Positions 1-10,022 of a stretch of DNA of 64,000 nucleotides are shown here, piece by piece. The stretch covers positions 128,001-192,000 of the forward strand of contig JBHGAY010000002.1 of assembly GCA_041946735.1 (NCBI GenBank). Reading direction: 5' to 3'. The translations under genes were made by a program, and so were the position numbers. Origin of the DNA: Candidatus Eiseniibacteriota bacterium (GTDB lineage Bacteria > Eisenbacteria > RBG-16-71-46 > CAIMUX01 > VGJL01). The notes below the pieces were generated by a model, which had not been told where the DNA came from, searched no databases, and saw only the letters and a program-made list of their open reading frames with translations. The number at the start of each line of letters is the position of its first letter. Position 1 is the stretch's first letter.

Positions 1-1
1 A

Positions 2-1309
2 ATTCGGATGCAGCTCCAGCTCGGTCGGCGGATCGCCCACCTGGTGCTGGTAGTCCTCCGGATCGTGGCCGCCGTAGAACGTGAACGTCCCCTTGCCGTA
101 GTTGCCATGGATGTACTTCACCTCGTCGGCGCCGGGCACCTCCGCCAGCAGGATGACCGACTTCTTGAGCAGCGACTTGCGGAAGCTGGTGGTCTGCCCC
201 ATGAAGCCCCGGATCATGTTCTGGTGGCACTGGGTCAGCATCGTCGGGACCGGGTCTTCCTTGGCGGAAAAATCAAAGAGCTGGAAGTAGTCGCTCTCCT
301 GCCCGCGAAGCGACGCTTCGCGCGTCATGTCGATGTCGGAGAACTCGTAGACGAGCGGGTTCATCTCCAACCGGAAGTCGGTGAAAGCGAGGCAACGACG
401 GTAGTCGATCTTCTGCGCCGCGCCCGCTTCGGGAGGATCGCCGTCGTAAGGAGTGTCGACGATGTCGACTCCCTGGGCCGCGAGGGAGATGTCGAAGCTG
501 TCGGTCGCCGAGCACATTGCGAAGACGAACCCGCCCTGCGCAATGTACTCGCGAATCCGCTGCGAGACCGCCTGTTTGTGCTGCCACACCTTCTGGAATC
601 CGGCATCGTGCGCGCGTTGCTCGAACGTGCGCACCTGCTCGATGTACCAGGGCGCCGTGTGGTAGGAGGCGTAGAACTTGCCGTACTGGCCGGTGAAATC
701 CTCGTGGTGCAGGTGGAGCCAGTCGTACTTCGGCAGATCGCCGGCGAGCACCTCTTCGTCCCAGATGTGATCGAAAGGGATCCCCGCGTAGTCGAGCGCG
801 AGAACGACCGCATCGTCCCACGGGTCTTTCGTCGGCGGGATGTAGACGGCGACCTTCGGCGCTTTCTCGAGGAGGACGACCTCCATGTTGTTCTTCTCGA
901 TCTCGTCCAGGATCGACGCCTCGTCGGATGCCCCGATGGTCTCGTACGTGACGCCGCCGAGCGCGCAGTCGCGGCCCGTCTCCGGATCGTCTTCCATCAG
1001 GAACGAGCCGCTCCGGTAGTTCAAAAGCCACTCGACGTTCTCGCCTCGCTGCAGCGCGTGATAGGCGACGCCGTAGGCCTTCAGATGGTTGGCCTGCGAG
1101 AGGTCCATCGGGATCAGGATCTTCGCCCAGGCGGCCGCGGGGACGAGAAGCGCCACGAGGAGCAGCGCCGCGGCGATGGCGGCCGCGACGATGGCGGTGC
1201 CGGTGCCAGGAGCGACGGCGGTGGCGGCTGCGGCGCCGGTGCCGGCGGCAGGGGCGGTGGCGGTGGCAGGGGCGGTGGCAGGGGCCGTCGCGGTCATCCG
1301 TGGGGTCAT
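2..1309 (-). CDS. Secreted class-I glutamine-amidotransferase-like conserved protein (family often labelled 'asparagine synthetase B' in FCB genomes); 3' end runs off the window
   Basis: Not in the ORF track because it is open-ended; translated by hand. ATG at 1309 overlaps the upstream stop (ATGA). Signal peptide ...LLLVALLVPAAAWA-KILIPMD; motifs NHLKAYG, PWDDAVVLALDYAGIPF, WLHLHHEDFTGQYGKFY, GGFVFAMCSATD (elbow-like Cys), FYGGHDPEDY. Confidence 0.8.
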   Translation of the reverse strand, partial: MTPRMTATAPATAPATATAPAAGTGAAAATAVAPGTGTAIVAAAIAAALLLVALLVPAAAWAKILIPMDLSQANHLKAYGVAYHALQRGENVEWLLNYRSGSFLMEDDPETGRDCALGGVTYETIGASDEASILDEIEKNNMEVVLLEKAPKVAVYIPPTKDPWDDAVVLALDYAGIPFDHIWDEEVLAGDLPKYDWLHLHHEDFTGQYGKFYASYHTAPWYIEQVRTFEQRAHDAGFQKVWQHKQAVSQRIREYIAQGGFVFAMCSATDSFDISLAAQGVDIVDTPYDGDPPEAGAAQKIDYRRCLAFTDFRLEMNPLVYEFSDIDMTREASLRGQESDYFQLFDFSAKEDPVPTMLTQCHQNMIRGFMGQTTSFRKSLLKKSVILLAEVPGADEVKYIHGNYGKGTFTFYGGHDPEDYQHQVGDPPTELELHPN

Positions 1310-3114
1310 CCCTTCTTCTCCTCCGCGCCCCCGGCGTTCCGGCCGGTGCGGCGCAGGTCCTGGAGCAGCGGCCGCACCTCGCTCGCCTCGTGGCTCTTCG
1401 GAAACTTGAGGATCAGGTCCTCGTAGCGGCGCACGACCGCCTCGCTGTCGCCGTACTTCTCGCGCATCTTGTCCGCCACGGCGCGAAGGACGGGGGGAGC
1501 GGCGAAGCCATCGGCATGCCGCGCCGCGAGGGTGTCCGCGCGGGCCGCGGCCTCGTCCAAGCGGCCGAGATCGAGGAGCAGGAGGCTCTCCTCGCGAAGA
1601 AGATCCTCCTCGGCCGGGCACCGGTCGCACTTGCTCGACGCCTCGCGCACAATCTCGAGTCCGCGATCGAAGGAGCCGATGCGGCGCTGGTAGGCGACCT
1701 GCCCCAGCGCCGCGCCGGTGACGTCTCCCGATCCCTCGATCCGCGTCAGCAGGAGAATCCGGTCGAGCGCGTCGTTCACCCGCGTTCCGCCCTCGAACTC
1801 CTTGACGATCCGTTCGTAGAGCGCCTTCGCCTCCTCCGTCTTGCCGGAATAGAAGAGAATCTCCGCCTGCTGGAAGACCGCCTCCTCCTTGCCGGCCGGA
1901 TCGCTCGCCTGCTCCTCGATGCCGTGGAGCGCCTGGCGCGCCTCTTCGTAACGGCCGGCCGCAAGCTGCATCTCGGCGAGCGCGAGACGGGCTTTCGCGA
2001 GGCGCGCGGAAGCATCGGGAGTCCGGGCGTTCTGCAGCAGCGAGACGATTTCCTGATAGGCGGCCGCCGCGCGCTCCGCGTCGTGCTGTTCGTCCGCGAG
2101 CATGCGGGCGCGCTGCTCGAGAGCGGTGAACGCCTGCCGTCCGCGTGGGAAGCTGTCGTACGCCTGGCGGAACGCGGCGTCCGCTTCGGGATAGCGCTGG
2201 AGGCGGCGAAGGGCGGAGGCGCGGTAGATCTGCGCCTGCTGCAGGTCCTCGCCGGAGAGGCCGAGCGAGGCTGCCAGATCGGCCGCGCGGAGGACCGGCT
2301 CCTTCATCTCGCGCTCATCCAGCAGCGCGAGGTGCGAGAGCATCACCTTCCCTTTCGCGCCGCGCACCTCGTCGAGCCGCTTCGCCTCGTCGATCGATTC
2401 GTCGGCGCGGCCCAGGAACAGGAGCGCCGCGACGAGAAGCTCACGCAGCGACGGCTCCTCCGGCCTCTTCTCGATCTCCGCGCGCAGGGGAGGCAGCGCC
2501 TTCTCGCCTAGCGAGTCGGCGCGGATCAGCGACTCCATCTCGTCGCGCACCCAGACGCCGGCGGCGCCGCCGCGGCGGTGGATCTCGAGGCAGACGGAGA
2601 AGGCCTCCTCCGGATGGTGCGCCTCGCGCGCGACGCGCTCCAACTCGACGAGGAGCGGAGTCGGATCGCCTCCGGCCTCGATCCGCTCGTCGGCCGCCTT
2701 GCGGTAGAGCGCGCGCGCCTCGTCGAGACGCCCCATCTTGCGCAGGCAGGTTCCCTCGAGGAGCCGCAGGTCGGGATTGTCGGGGAACTGCTCCTTCAGG
2801 GTCTCGATCAGCCGGTACGCCTGCTCGAACTTCTCCTGCCGCATGAGGACCTGAACGTCCCGCATGCCCCGCTCGACGGTGATGCGAGGGATGGGAGCCT
2901 GCGAGCCGCTCGGGGGCGGCGCGGGCCGGCCCGGCGAAGGGATGGTGACCGCGGGCGGCTGCGGGCGGCGGTCGTCCTGCGGCCGGCCGTCCTGCGGCCG
3001 GCCGTCCTGCGCGAGCGCCGCCGAGAGGGCGAGCGAGAGCGCGAGTGAGAGCGGGAGCGGGAGCAGAAGCAGGATGGAGGCGCGAAGCGCCCGCGGGATC
3101 GCCCGGCGCCTCAC
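1306..3114 (-). CDS. Exported tetratricopeptide-repeat protein (~602 aa)
   Basis: C-terminal part of ORF 1306..5337. GTG at 3114 overlaps the DUF4175 stop (GTGA). Signal peptide ending ALSAALA-Q, QDGRP x3 repeat, then many TPR helices (YEEARQAL, AKALYERIVKEF, YEDLILKFPKS). Confidence 0.85.
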   Translation of the reverse strand: MRRRAIPRALRASILLLLPLPLSLALSLALSAALAQDGRPQDGRPQDDRRPQPPAVTIPSPGRPAPPPSGSQAPIPRITVERGMRDVQVLMRQEKFEQAYRLIETLKEQFPDNPDLRLLEGTCLRKMGRLDEARALYRKAADERIEAGGDPTPLLVELERVAREAHHPEEAFSVCLEIHRRGGAAGVWVRDEMESLIRADSLGEKALPPLRAEIEKRPEEPSLRELLVAALLFLGRADESIDEAKRLDEVRGAKGKVMLSHLALLDEREMKEPVLRAADLAASLGLSGEDLQQAQIYRASALRRLQRYPEADAAFRQAYDSFPRGRQAFTALEQRARMLADEQHDAERAAAAYQEIVSLLQNARTPDASARLAKARLALAEMQLAAGRYEEARQALHGIEEQASDPAGKEEAVFQQAEILFYSGKTEEAKALYERIVKEFEGGTRVNDALDRILLLTRIEGSGDVTGAALGQVAYQRRIGSFDRGLEIVREASSKCDRCPAEEDLLREESLLLLDLGRLDEAAARADTLAARHADGFAAPPVLRAVADKMREKYGDSEAVVRRYEDLILKFPKSHEASEVRPLLQDLRRTGRNAGGAEEKKG

Positions 3115-6100
3115 TGTCCGCCGCCCTCCTGCAGCGCCCGGAAGTACTCGTCGACGATGCGGCGGAAGTCGCCCGGGATCGGATCCTGCGAGCCTTTCAG
3201 GATCCCGCGACGGAGGCGCTCCGCGGCCGTGAGGGTCGAGGACACGGGGGGAGGCGAGATCGGGTTCTCTGCGTCGATCCCGGTGCGCGAGCGCCGTTGC
3301 TCCTCGAAGTCCTGCCGGCGCACGCTGCGCTGCGCGGTCAGCAGGCGGCTCAGGATCTTCTCCTGCCTGTCGAGGATCCGCGGATCGACGTTCTTCTCGC
3401 GCATCTCCTTGACGACATCCTCCATCTCTTCGCCGAGGTCTCCCAGCCGGCCGAGGACGTCCTTGCGATCCTGCATCGACTGCGCGAGATCCTGCAGCCC
3501 GGCGCGAATCTGCATCTGTCGCGCCGCGAGCTGCTCCATCCGTCCAGAGCCGTCCTGCGGGAGCCTCCCTCCCTGCATCTGGCTCATCGCGTCCTGCGTT
3601 TCCTGATTGAGTCCCTGCTGCTGGCTCGTCAGTCCCTGCATCTGCTGCATCGGATTCGGATTGTTGCAGGAGGAGGACGAGGAGCACATGCTCTGGTTCG
3701 ATTCGAGCAGGCTCGCGACCGCCATGTCGATCGACGTCCCGGTCTGGCGGCCCAGCGTGACACCGCCGGTCCGCTGCCCGGTTTCGAACGCGTTGGTCGC
3801 GTCGCCGAGCTTCTGAAGGATCTCGCCGAGCATCTTCGCCTGTGCCCCGGTGATGAACGGCGTTTGCCGCGCGATCGCGTAGATCTCGGAGACCACGTCG
3901 GAGACGGAGCGCTCGATCCGGTTTTGCTCGACCGCCAGGTCCCGCGTGCTCTTCTGCGCCGCTCCCTCGACCAGCGATTCCTGGCTCTTGGAGAGATCGA
4001 CCAGGTCGCCGGCGAGGGCGAGCAGCTTGCGCGACAGCTCCTCGGTCATCGACTGGTTCATCTGCTGCTGCATCTGGCGCATCTGATCGGCGAACTGCTG
4101 GATCTGGCTCTTCGCCTTCTTCCCGGAGCGCATCGCCCCCCGCCGGTTGTTCTTGCCCATGCACATCTTGCCCGACTGCATCTCTTCGGACGCGGACTGC
4201 AGGGCCTGCTGCGCCTGCTGCCCCTGCGGGCTCTCCAGGTTCTGCTCCATCTGGGGATGGCTCTTCTCGGCGAGCTTCGACAGCTCCTCCATCTGCTTGC
4301 GGAGCTCGGCGAGCTCCTTCTGCAGCGCCTCCTGCTGCTCGGCGAGCTTCTGCGCCTCCTCGGGACTCATCGACGCCGTCGAGTCGGGCTTCGAGGAGTC
4401 CTGCGGCGTGCCGGCCTGCTGATTGAGCTGCTCCTGCTCCTTCGCGAGCTGCTCGGCTCGCCGGATCGCCTCGTCGAGCTTCTCCTCCGCCAGCATCTTC
4501 TCGAGCATCGCGATCGTCCGGTCGAGCCCCTGCTCGATCGCCTGCTGGGTGAGCTTCATCTTCTCGAGCGCCTTCTGCACCTCCTTCGGATCGAGGGAGC
4601 GCATCGCCTCGCGCATCTGCTCGAGCATGTTGTGGAACTCGGGGCTCTGGATCTCGCGCATCATCTCCTGGATCCGCGCGATCTTCTCGACGATCTCCGG
4701 GCTGAAGAGCTGCCCTTGCTGCATCCGGTCCATCTGGCGGTCCATCGCGGTCGCCATCTGGTCCATCTTCTGCAGGATCTCCTCCTGCTTCTGGAGGAAC
4801 TGCTCCATCTCGTTCTTCTGGTCCCAGTCGATCGCCTGGTCGCGCCGCATCTCGCGCGACATGTCCTCGAGCTCCTTGCGGAGGTCGACCTGCTTGTCGA
4901 GCGATTCGCGCAGATCCTCGAGGCCCTCGTGCCGCTCCTGCTCCTGCTGCGCGTACATCTGCTCGAGGGTCGGGAAGCGGATCGAGTACTCCGGCGAGAC
5001 GGTCGTCTTCGGTCCGCTCACCGCGTCGTTGTCGGTCAGCTCCAGGTGGTAGCGGATCTCGTCGCCCGGCGTGAGCGCGATCTCCTCGAGGTTCCACGGG
5101 TAGGCGACGCGCGCTTCGGTCTCGCTCTGCCACCGGGTGAGAGAGATCCGGGAGGATGGTTGATCGTTGCGGTGATAGACGAGGTCGAGCTTGCGGATCC
5201 CGAAGTCGTCCGCGCAGTCCGCCTCGACGACGACTCGCATCTCGGGGGGAAGATCGACCTGCTCGCCCGGACCGACGAGGAAGAGGCTCGGCATCCGGTC
5301 GGGGATCGGATCGATCCGGAACGACTCCGACGTCCACGCGGCGCTTCGCTCTGCGCCGCCATCGCTTCCCGACAGTTCGACGCGGAACTGGTCCGCCTCG
5401 CGCACCGGGACCTTCGCCGACAGCACCCCTTCCTCGCCCGCCTCGAGCGGGATCGTCCGGCCGGAGTCGAACCGCAAGCGTCCGCGCGCGTCGGGACGGC
5501 TCACGGCGACCAGCAGCTGCGCGTCGCTCCCCTTCAGCGCGGCGATCGAGGCATGCGGGGAGAGCTCCTTCTCCGGAGCGAGCCCCGTGTAGTCGGGGAA
5601 GCGGATCCGCTTCTCGTAGCCGGTCGCGCGGTACGGCTCCTGCACCGCGACCCGGTAGGTGCGGGAGCGATGCCGATCGAGGGAAACCATGTACTCCGTC
5701 TCGGCCTGGACATCGGCGAGCGTCGCGAGGAACTCGGTCCCCACGTCCGCCTGCATCGGCAGGCGCGACCAGGCGCTCCCCCCCGTGCGGTAGAAGAGGG
5801 CCGGTGCGCCTTCGAGGCCGACGAGGCGCGCGCGCACCGGCAGCGAGGCGCCGCGCAGGATCGAGGCGTCCCCGGGCGTGACGAGGATCTCGCTGCTGTC
5901 GATCGCCACGGCGCGTCCCGGATGCAGGATCTGCGCCGCCCCGCGCGTGACCGCCTGCGGAGCGAGCGCCGCGAGCAGGAGGATCGCGACGAGCGCGCCG
6001 CCCGCCTGGGCGAGGGGAACCGACAGGGTGCGCGAGCGAGCGAGATCACGGTAACGGATCGAGGCCGCCGCATCCTCGCCGCGGCGCAGGACCTCCGCGG

Positions 6101-6470
6101 CGACGTCGCGCGCCAGCGGATCCTCCAGGCTCGACGCCTTGCGGCCGAGCTGCAGCGCATTGATCAGCTCGTTCTTCGCGAGTCCCGCCCGCCTCTCGAC
6201 CTCCAGGATGAAGGCGCCGAACGGCAGGTGACGCTGCAAGCCGAAGCGCACGGCGCGAACGACACCGCCGGCGATCCCGGCCACCGCGATCGCCGGGACG
6301 ATCCACGAGGCGGCGCGCCCGTTGCCGAGTAGCCATCCGAGCAGCAGCGCGACCAAGAGGGCCGGCAAGACGATCGCGGCGGCCAGCGACGCCGCTTCGA
6401 GAGCCCGCCGCGCGCGGAACGCCGCGTAGCCGCGTCGCAGGGTGCGCAGGAGTCGAACGTGCAGCTCCAT
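3111..6470 (-). CDS. DUF4175-family membrane-anchored protein with Ig-like domains and a long coiled coil (1119 aa)
   Basis: N-terminal TM helices; motifs FPDYTGL, ADDFGI, LTPGDEIRYHLELTDNDAVSGPK; Q/M/E-rich coiled coil; C-terminal ILSRLL and P..F...VDEYF motifs. Confidence 0.85.
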   Translation of the reverse strand: MELHVRLLRTLRRGYAAFRARRALEAASLAAAIVLPALLVALLLGWLLGNGRAASWIVPAIAVAGIAGGVVRAVRFGLQRHLPFGAFILEVERRAGLAKNELINALQLGRKASSLEDPLARDVAAEVLRRGEDAAASIRYRDLARSRTLSVPLAQAGGALVAILLLAALAPQAVTRGAAQILHPGRAVAIDSSEILVTPGDASILRGASLPVRARLVGLEGAPALFYRTGGSAWSRLPMQADVGTEFLATLADVQAETEYMVSLDRHRSRTYRVAVQEPYRATGYEKRIRFPDYTGLAPEKELSPHASIAALKGSDAQLLVAVSRPDARGRLRFDSGRTIPLEAGEEGVLSAKVPVREADQFRVELSGSDGGAERSAAWTSESFRIDPIPDRMPSLFLVGPGEQVDLPPEMRVVVEADCADDFGIRKLDLVYHRNDQPSSRISLTRWQSETEARVAYPWNLEEIALTPGDEIRYHLELTDNDAVSGPKTTVSPEYSIRFPTLEQMYAQQEQERHEGLEDLRESLDKQVDLRKELEDMSREMRRDQAIDWDQKNEMEQFLQKQEEILQKMDQMATAMDRQMDRMQQGQLFSPEIVEKIARIQEMMREIQSPEFHNMLEQMREAMRSLDPKEVQKALEKMKLTQQAIEQGLDRTIAMLEKMLAEEKLDEAIRRAEQLAKEQEQLNQQAGTPQDSSKPDSTASMSPEEAQKLAEQQEALQKELAELRKQMEELSKLAEKSHPQMEQNLESPQGQQAQQALQSASEEMQSGKMCMGKNNRRGAMRSGKKAKSQIQQFADQMRQMQQQMNQSMTEELSRKLLALAGDLVDLSKSQESLVEGAAQKSTRDLAVEQNRIERSVSDVVSEIYAIARQTPFITGAQAKMLGEILQKLGDATNAFETGQRTGGVTLGRQTGTSIDMAVASLLESNQSMCSSSSSCNNPNPMQQMQGLTSQQQGLNQETQDAMSQMQGGRLPQDGSGRMEQLAARQMQIRAGLQDLAQSMQDRKDVLGRLGDLGEEMEDVVKEMREKNVDPRILDRQEKILSRLLTAQRSVRRQDFEEQRRSRTGIDAENPISPPPVSSTLTAAERLRRGILKGSQDPIPGDFRRIVDEYFRALQEGGGQ

Positions 6471-6504
6471 CAGGGCTTCCTCCTCGTCCGGCCGCCGCCG
6501 TCTG

Positions 6505-7188
6505 TCATCGCGTCAAGGCGTATACGACCACGTTGATCGCCATCCGCATCGCCTGCTCGCGCTTCTCCGGCGGATCGTTGTGCACCTCGGGATCCTCGAT
6601 CCCATCTCCGATATCGGACTGGTAGGTGTAGTAGACCATCAGCCTGTTGCCATCGAAGATCCCGAGCCCCTCGGCCGGTTTCCCGTCGTGTTCGTGGATC
6701 TTCGGGGGACCCTTCGGGAAGTCGTAGAAGGAATGGTAGATCGGGTGGCGGAACGGAACAGGGGTGAGCTTGCGGTCGGGGAAGACGCGGGCGATCTCCC
6801 TCCGGAAGCTCTCGTCCATCCCGTAGTTGTCGTCAGCGAAGAGGAAGCCGCCGTTCTCGAGATAGCGGCGCAGCCGCTCCACCTCGGCGTCGCTCCACCT
6901 CACGTTGCCGTGTCCGTTCATATAAAGGAACGGATGCTGGAAGAGATCCGGGTCGAGGATCGACACCCGGTCCTCATCCATTCGTTCGATCGCCACCGGG
7001 GTGCGGTCACGCAGCGCGCGCGCCAGGTTCGGCAGGCTCGAGGGGTTGCTGTACCAGTCGCCTCCCCCGTCGTACTTCATGCGGGCCAGAACGAAGCCGG
7101 TCGGGGCTTCGGCCGCCGACCGGTCCAGGATCCCGGAGCCCGGGATCCCGACGATGAGCAGGAGAACGAACGAGAGGATTCTGCGCAT
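6505..7188 (-). CDS. DUF4159 domain protein with signal peptide
   Basis: ARMKYDGGGDWYSNPSSLPNL, PFLYMNGHG, LRRYLENGGFLFADDNYG, SDIGDG; ATG at 7188 precedes a hydrophobic signal. Confidence 0.9.
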   Translation of the reverse strand: MRRILSFVLLLIVGIPGSGILDRSAAEAPTGFVLARMKYDGGGDWYSNPSSLPNLARALRDRTPVAIERMDEDRVSILDPDLFQHPFLYMNGHGNVRWSDAEVERLRRYLENGGFLFADDNYGMDESFRREIARVFPDRKLTPVPFRHPIYHSFYDFPKGPPKIHEHDGKPAEGLGIFDGNRLMVYYTYQSDIGDGIEDPEVHNDPPEKREQAMRMAINVVVYALTR

Positions 7189-7366
7189 CCACGCCTCGAA
7201 GGGGTAAGAAACCCGGGGTGTCAGCGCAGTTCCTTCCGCCGCCGCGATCCCCGGCTGCAACGGAGTCTAGCAGAGCTTCGGCGGCAAGATCCGAAGGATC
7301 GATCCTTCGCCAGGGCGGCTCCCCCGGTGGCCGGAGCCACCGCGGCGCCCGCCCCGGACGGATCGG

Positions 7367-8314
7367 TCAGGCCTTCAGCTTGGTGGCGCGCGTGTCGGCG
7401 GCCGCCTTGCGGCGCTCCGAGGCGAGGGTCATATCCAGGGCGAGCGCCGACGCCACGAAGACGGAGGAATAGGTGCCGAACCCGACGCCGATCAGCATCG
7501 CGAAGGCGAAGTCGTGGATCACCCGCCCGCCCATGAAGAGCAGCGCCTCGATCGTGAAGATCACCGTCAGCCCCGTGATGATCGTGCGGCCCAGGGTCTG
7601 GTTGATCGCGAGATCGAACAGGGCCGCGTCCGGCGCCCGCCCGCTCCCCTTCAGCCTCTCGCGGATCCGGTCGAAGACGACGATCGTGTCGTTGATCGAA
7701 TATCCGCCGATCGTCAGCAGGGCCGCGATGATCGGGATCGTGATCTCCTTGTTCGTGAAGGAAATGAACGAGAGGATCACGAGCGTGTCGTGGGCGAGCG
7801 CGGCGACGCCCCCGAGCGCAAACTTGAACTCGTAACGGACCCCGACGTAGATCAGGATTCCGGCCAGCGACAGCAAAACCGCCCACAACGCCTTGCCCCG
7901 AAGCTCCTTGCCGACCCGCGGACCGACGACCTCCTCACGAAGCAGATCGCTCTTGATGCCTGGGAAATCGGCCTGGATGGCCTCGGCCATCTTCTCCGAC
8001 GGAGCCTTCTCTCCGGCCTGTCGCTCCTCGCCAGTCGGGATGCGGATCAGGAAGTCCTTGCCTCCCTCGCTCGACTGGATCTCGGCGTCGGACCATCCTG
8101 CATTGGCCAACGACGACCGCAGAGCGTCCGCCTCGAGGGCCCGATCGAAGCGGAACTCGATCAGCGTGCCACCCGCGAAGTCGACCCCCATCCGGAAGCC
8201 ACCGTGCGCGATGACCGAGATCGCTCCCGCGAGGATGATCGCGAGAGAGAAGACGTAGGCGTACTTCCGGTTCTGCATGAACGGGACTCGCGCCCCATGC
8301 AACACCTGCAACAT
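7367..8314 (-). CDS. secF: Protein translocase subunit SecF
   Basis: GVDFAGGT, VVGPRVGKEL, ALAHD, LTIGGYSINDTIVVFDRIRE, GTYSSVFVA. Confidence 0.97.
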   Translation of the reverse strand: MLQVLHGARVPFMQNRKYAYVFSLAIILAGAISVIAHGGFRMGVDFAGGTLIEFRFDRALEADALRSSLANAGWSDAEIQSSEGGKDFLIRIPTGEERQAGEKAPSEKMAEAIQADFPGIKSDLLREEVVGPRVGKELRGKALWAVLLSLAGILIYVGVRYEFKFALGGVAALAHDTLVILSFISFTNKEITIPIIAALLTIGGYSINDTIVVFDRIRERLKGSGRAPDAALFDLAINQTLGRTIITGLTVIFTIEALLFMGGRVIHDFAFAMLIGVGFGTYSSVFVASALALDMTLASERRKAAADTRATKLKA

Positions 8315-8350
8315 GATTCCCCTGCCTCTTTCCCCGGGATCCGGGCCCCG

Positions 8351-9940
8351 TCAGATCGAAATGCTCTTGGCCTGGCGCCGCGCGAGGAAGGTCTCGAAGA
8401 TCATCCGCGCAACGAAGACGGCCGTGTACATGTTGGCGATCAGGCCGATTCCGAGCGTGATCGCGAATCCCTTGATCGGCCCGGTCCCGAACCGGAAGAG
8501 GATGAGCGAGCTGATCAACGTGGTCAGGTTCGAGTCGAGGATCGTCCGCCAGGCTCGATCGAATCCGTTCTCCACGGCCAAGCGCGACGATTTCCCCGCA
8601 CGCAGCTCCTCCCGAATTCGTTCGAACACGAGGATGTTCGCGTCGACGGCCATGCCCACCGTCAGCACGATCCCCGCGATGCCGGGCATCGTCAGCGTGC
8701 CGCGCAGCGCGGCCAGCCCGGCGAAGAGGAAGAACATGTTCAGCAGGAGCGTGAGGACGGCGATCATGCCGCTCCCGCGATAGTAGATGAGCATGAACAG
8801 GACGACGATGATCGATCCGACGATCCCGGCACGAACGCCGCTGGCGACCGAGTCCTTCCCAAGCGACGGGCCCACGGTGCGCTCCTCGACGATCCGGACG
8901 GGAGCGGGAAGGGCGCCTGCCCGGAGCACGATTGCCAGGTCCTTCGCCTCGGCGTCGCTGAACCGGCCGGTGATCTGCGCCTGACCGGTCGGAATGCGGT
9001 CCTGGATCACCGGCGCGGAGGCCACCTTGTTGTCGAGGACGATCGCGAGCTGCCGGCCGATGTTCGCGCCGGTCACCTTGCGGAACGTCGAGGCCCCCTT
9101 GTTCGTCATGGTCATCGAGACGCCGGGCGCGTTCGGGTTGCGCGGATCGAGACCGAACTTCATCACCGCGGTCGAGATCGCCTCTCCCGTCATCTCGGGA
9201 CGGCGGTTCATCACGAAGAGGATCCGGCCCGTGCGACCCTGCTCGAACTGCTCGGGATCGGAGCTGAAGCCGATCGAGGCGTCGCGCGGCAGCACCTGAT
9301 CGAGATCGACGTTGGCCAGGAGCGCCTGGACCTTCGGGAAGTCCTCCTCGAGGATCTCCGCTCCGCCTTGCGCGAGGTTGGGGTAGTCCCACAGAAGGTC
9401 GGTCAAGGGGTTCGCGGCCTGCGTCGAGTCGGGGAGCAAGGAGTCGGGCAGGGCATCGGACCGTCCCGCGAGGGACCGGTTCAGGCGCTCGATCGCCTGG
9501 CGGGCCTCGGCCGGCTGCTTGACGAGCTTGAACTCGAGCACGGCGGTCTGGCCGATCAGCTGCACCGCGCGGTCCTTGTCGAGGAGACCGGGGAGCTGCA
9601 CGAGGATGCGGTCTTCCCCTTGCTTCTGGATGATCGGCTCGGCGACGCCGAACTGGTCGATCCGGTTGCGCAGGACTTCCATGGCCCGGTCGACCGCTTC
9701 GGACACCTGGGCTTGCGACGGGAGATTCGTCCGGTCCACCTCGAGCAGCAGGTGCATGCCGCCGACGAGGTCGAGGCCGAGCTTCAGCGCCTTCGAACGG
9801 AGGTTCTTCGCCTCCGGATCCCTGCTCGTATACCGCTCCGAAGCCGGCATGCTGTAGAGCTGGAAGCTCGGAAGCAGCGAGTAGATCGCGAGCCCCAAGA
9901 GCACCGCGAGCAGGACCAACTTCCACGTGTTACTTTTCAT
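8351..9940 (-). CDS. secD: Protein translocase subunit SecD
   Basis: LKLGLDLVGG, RNRIDQFGVAEP, AIVLD, LRAGALPAP, VGPSLG, GMAVDANILVFERIREE; ATG at 9940 follows a purine-rich RBS. Confidence 0.97.
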   Translation of the reverse strand: MKSNTWKLVLLAVLLGLAIYSLLPSFQLYSMPASERYTSRDPEAKNLRSKALKLGLDLVGGMHLLLEVDRTNLPSQAQVSEAVDRAMEVLRNRIDQFGVAEPIIQKQGEDRILVQLPGLLDKDRAVQLIGQTAVLEFKLVKQPAEARQAIERLNRSLAGRSDALPDSLLPDSTQAANPLTDLLWDYPNLAQGGAEILEEDFPKVQALLANVDLDQVLPRDASIGFSSDPEQFEQGRTGRILFVMNRRPEMTGEAISTAVMKFGLDPRNPNAPGVSMTMTNKGASTFRKVTGANIGRQLAIVLDNKVASAPVIQDRIPTGQAQITGRFSDAEAKDLAIVLRAGALPAPVRIVEERTVGPSLGKDSVASGVRAGIVGSIIVVLFMLIYYRGSGMIAVLTLLLNMFFLFAGLAALRGTLTMPGIAGIVLTVGMAVDANILVFERIREELRAGKSSRLAVENGFDRAWRTILDSNLTTLISSLILFRFGTGPIKGFAITLGIGLIANMYTAVFVARMIFETFLARRQAKSISI

Positions 9941-9992
9941 CTCTTCTCCCGCCTCTGGGGCGCCCGACGCGTACAAACCACAACAAACAAAG

Positions 9993-10022
9993 AGGCTAGG
10001 CTGTTCCCGCCGAGGGTGTCAA
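9993..10022 (-). promoter_or_regulatory. Sigma70-type promoter for the secDF operon
   Basis: Minus strand TTGACA (10022-10017), 18-nt spacer, TAGCCT (9998-9993), about 50 nt upstream of the secD ATG. Confidence 0.65.

Noticed and set aside
1306..5337. 1343-aa ORF as a single protein
   Set aside because: The N-terminal part is an alternative frame of the DUF4175 gene; only 1306..3114 is protein-like.
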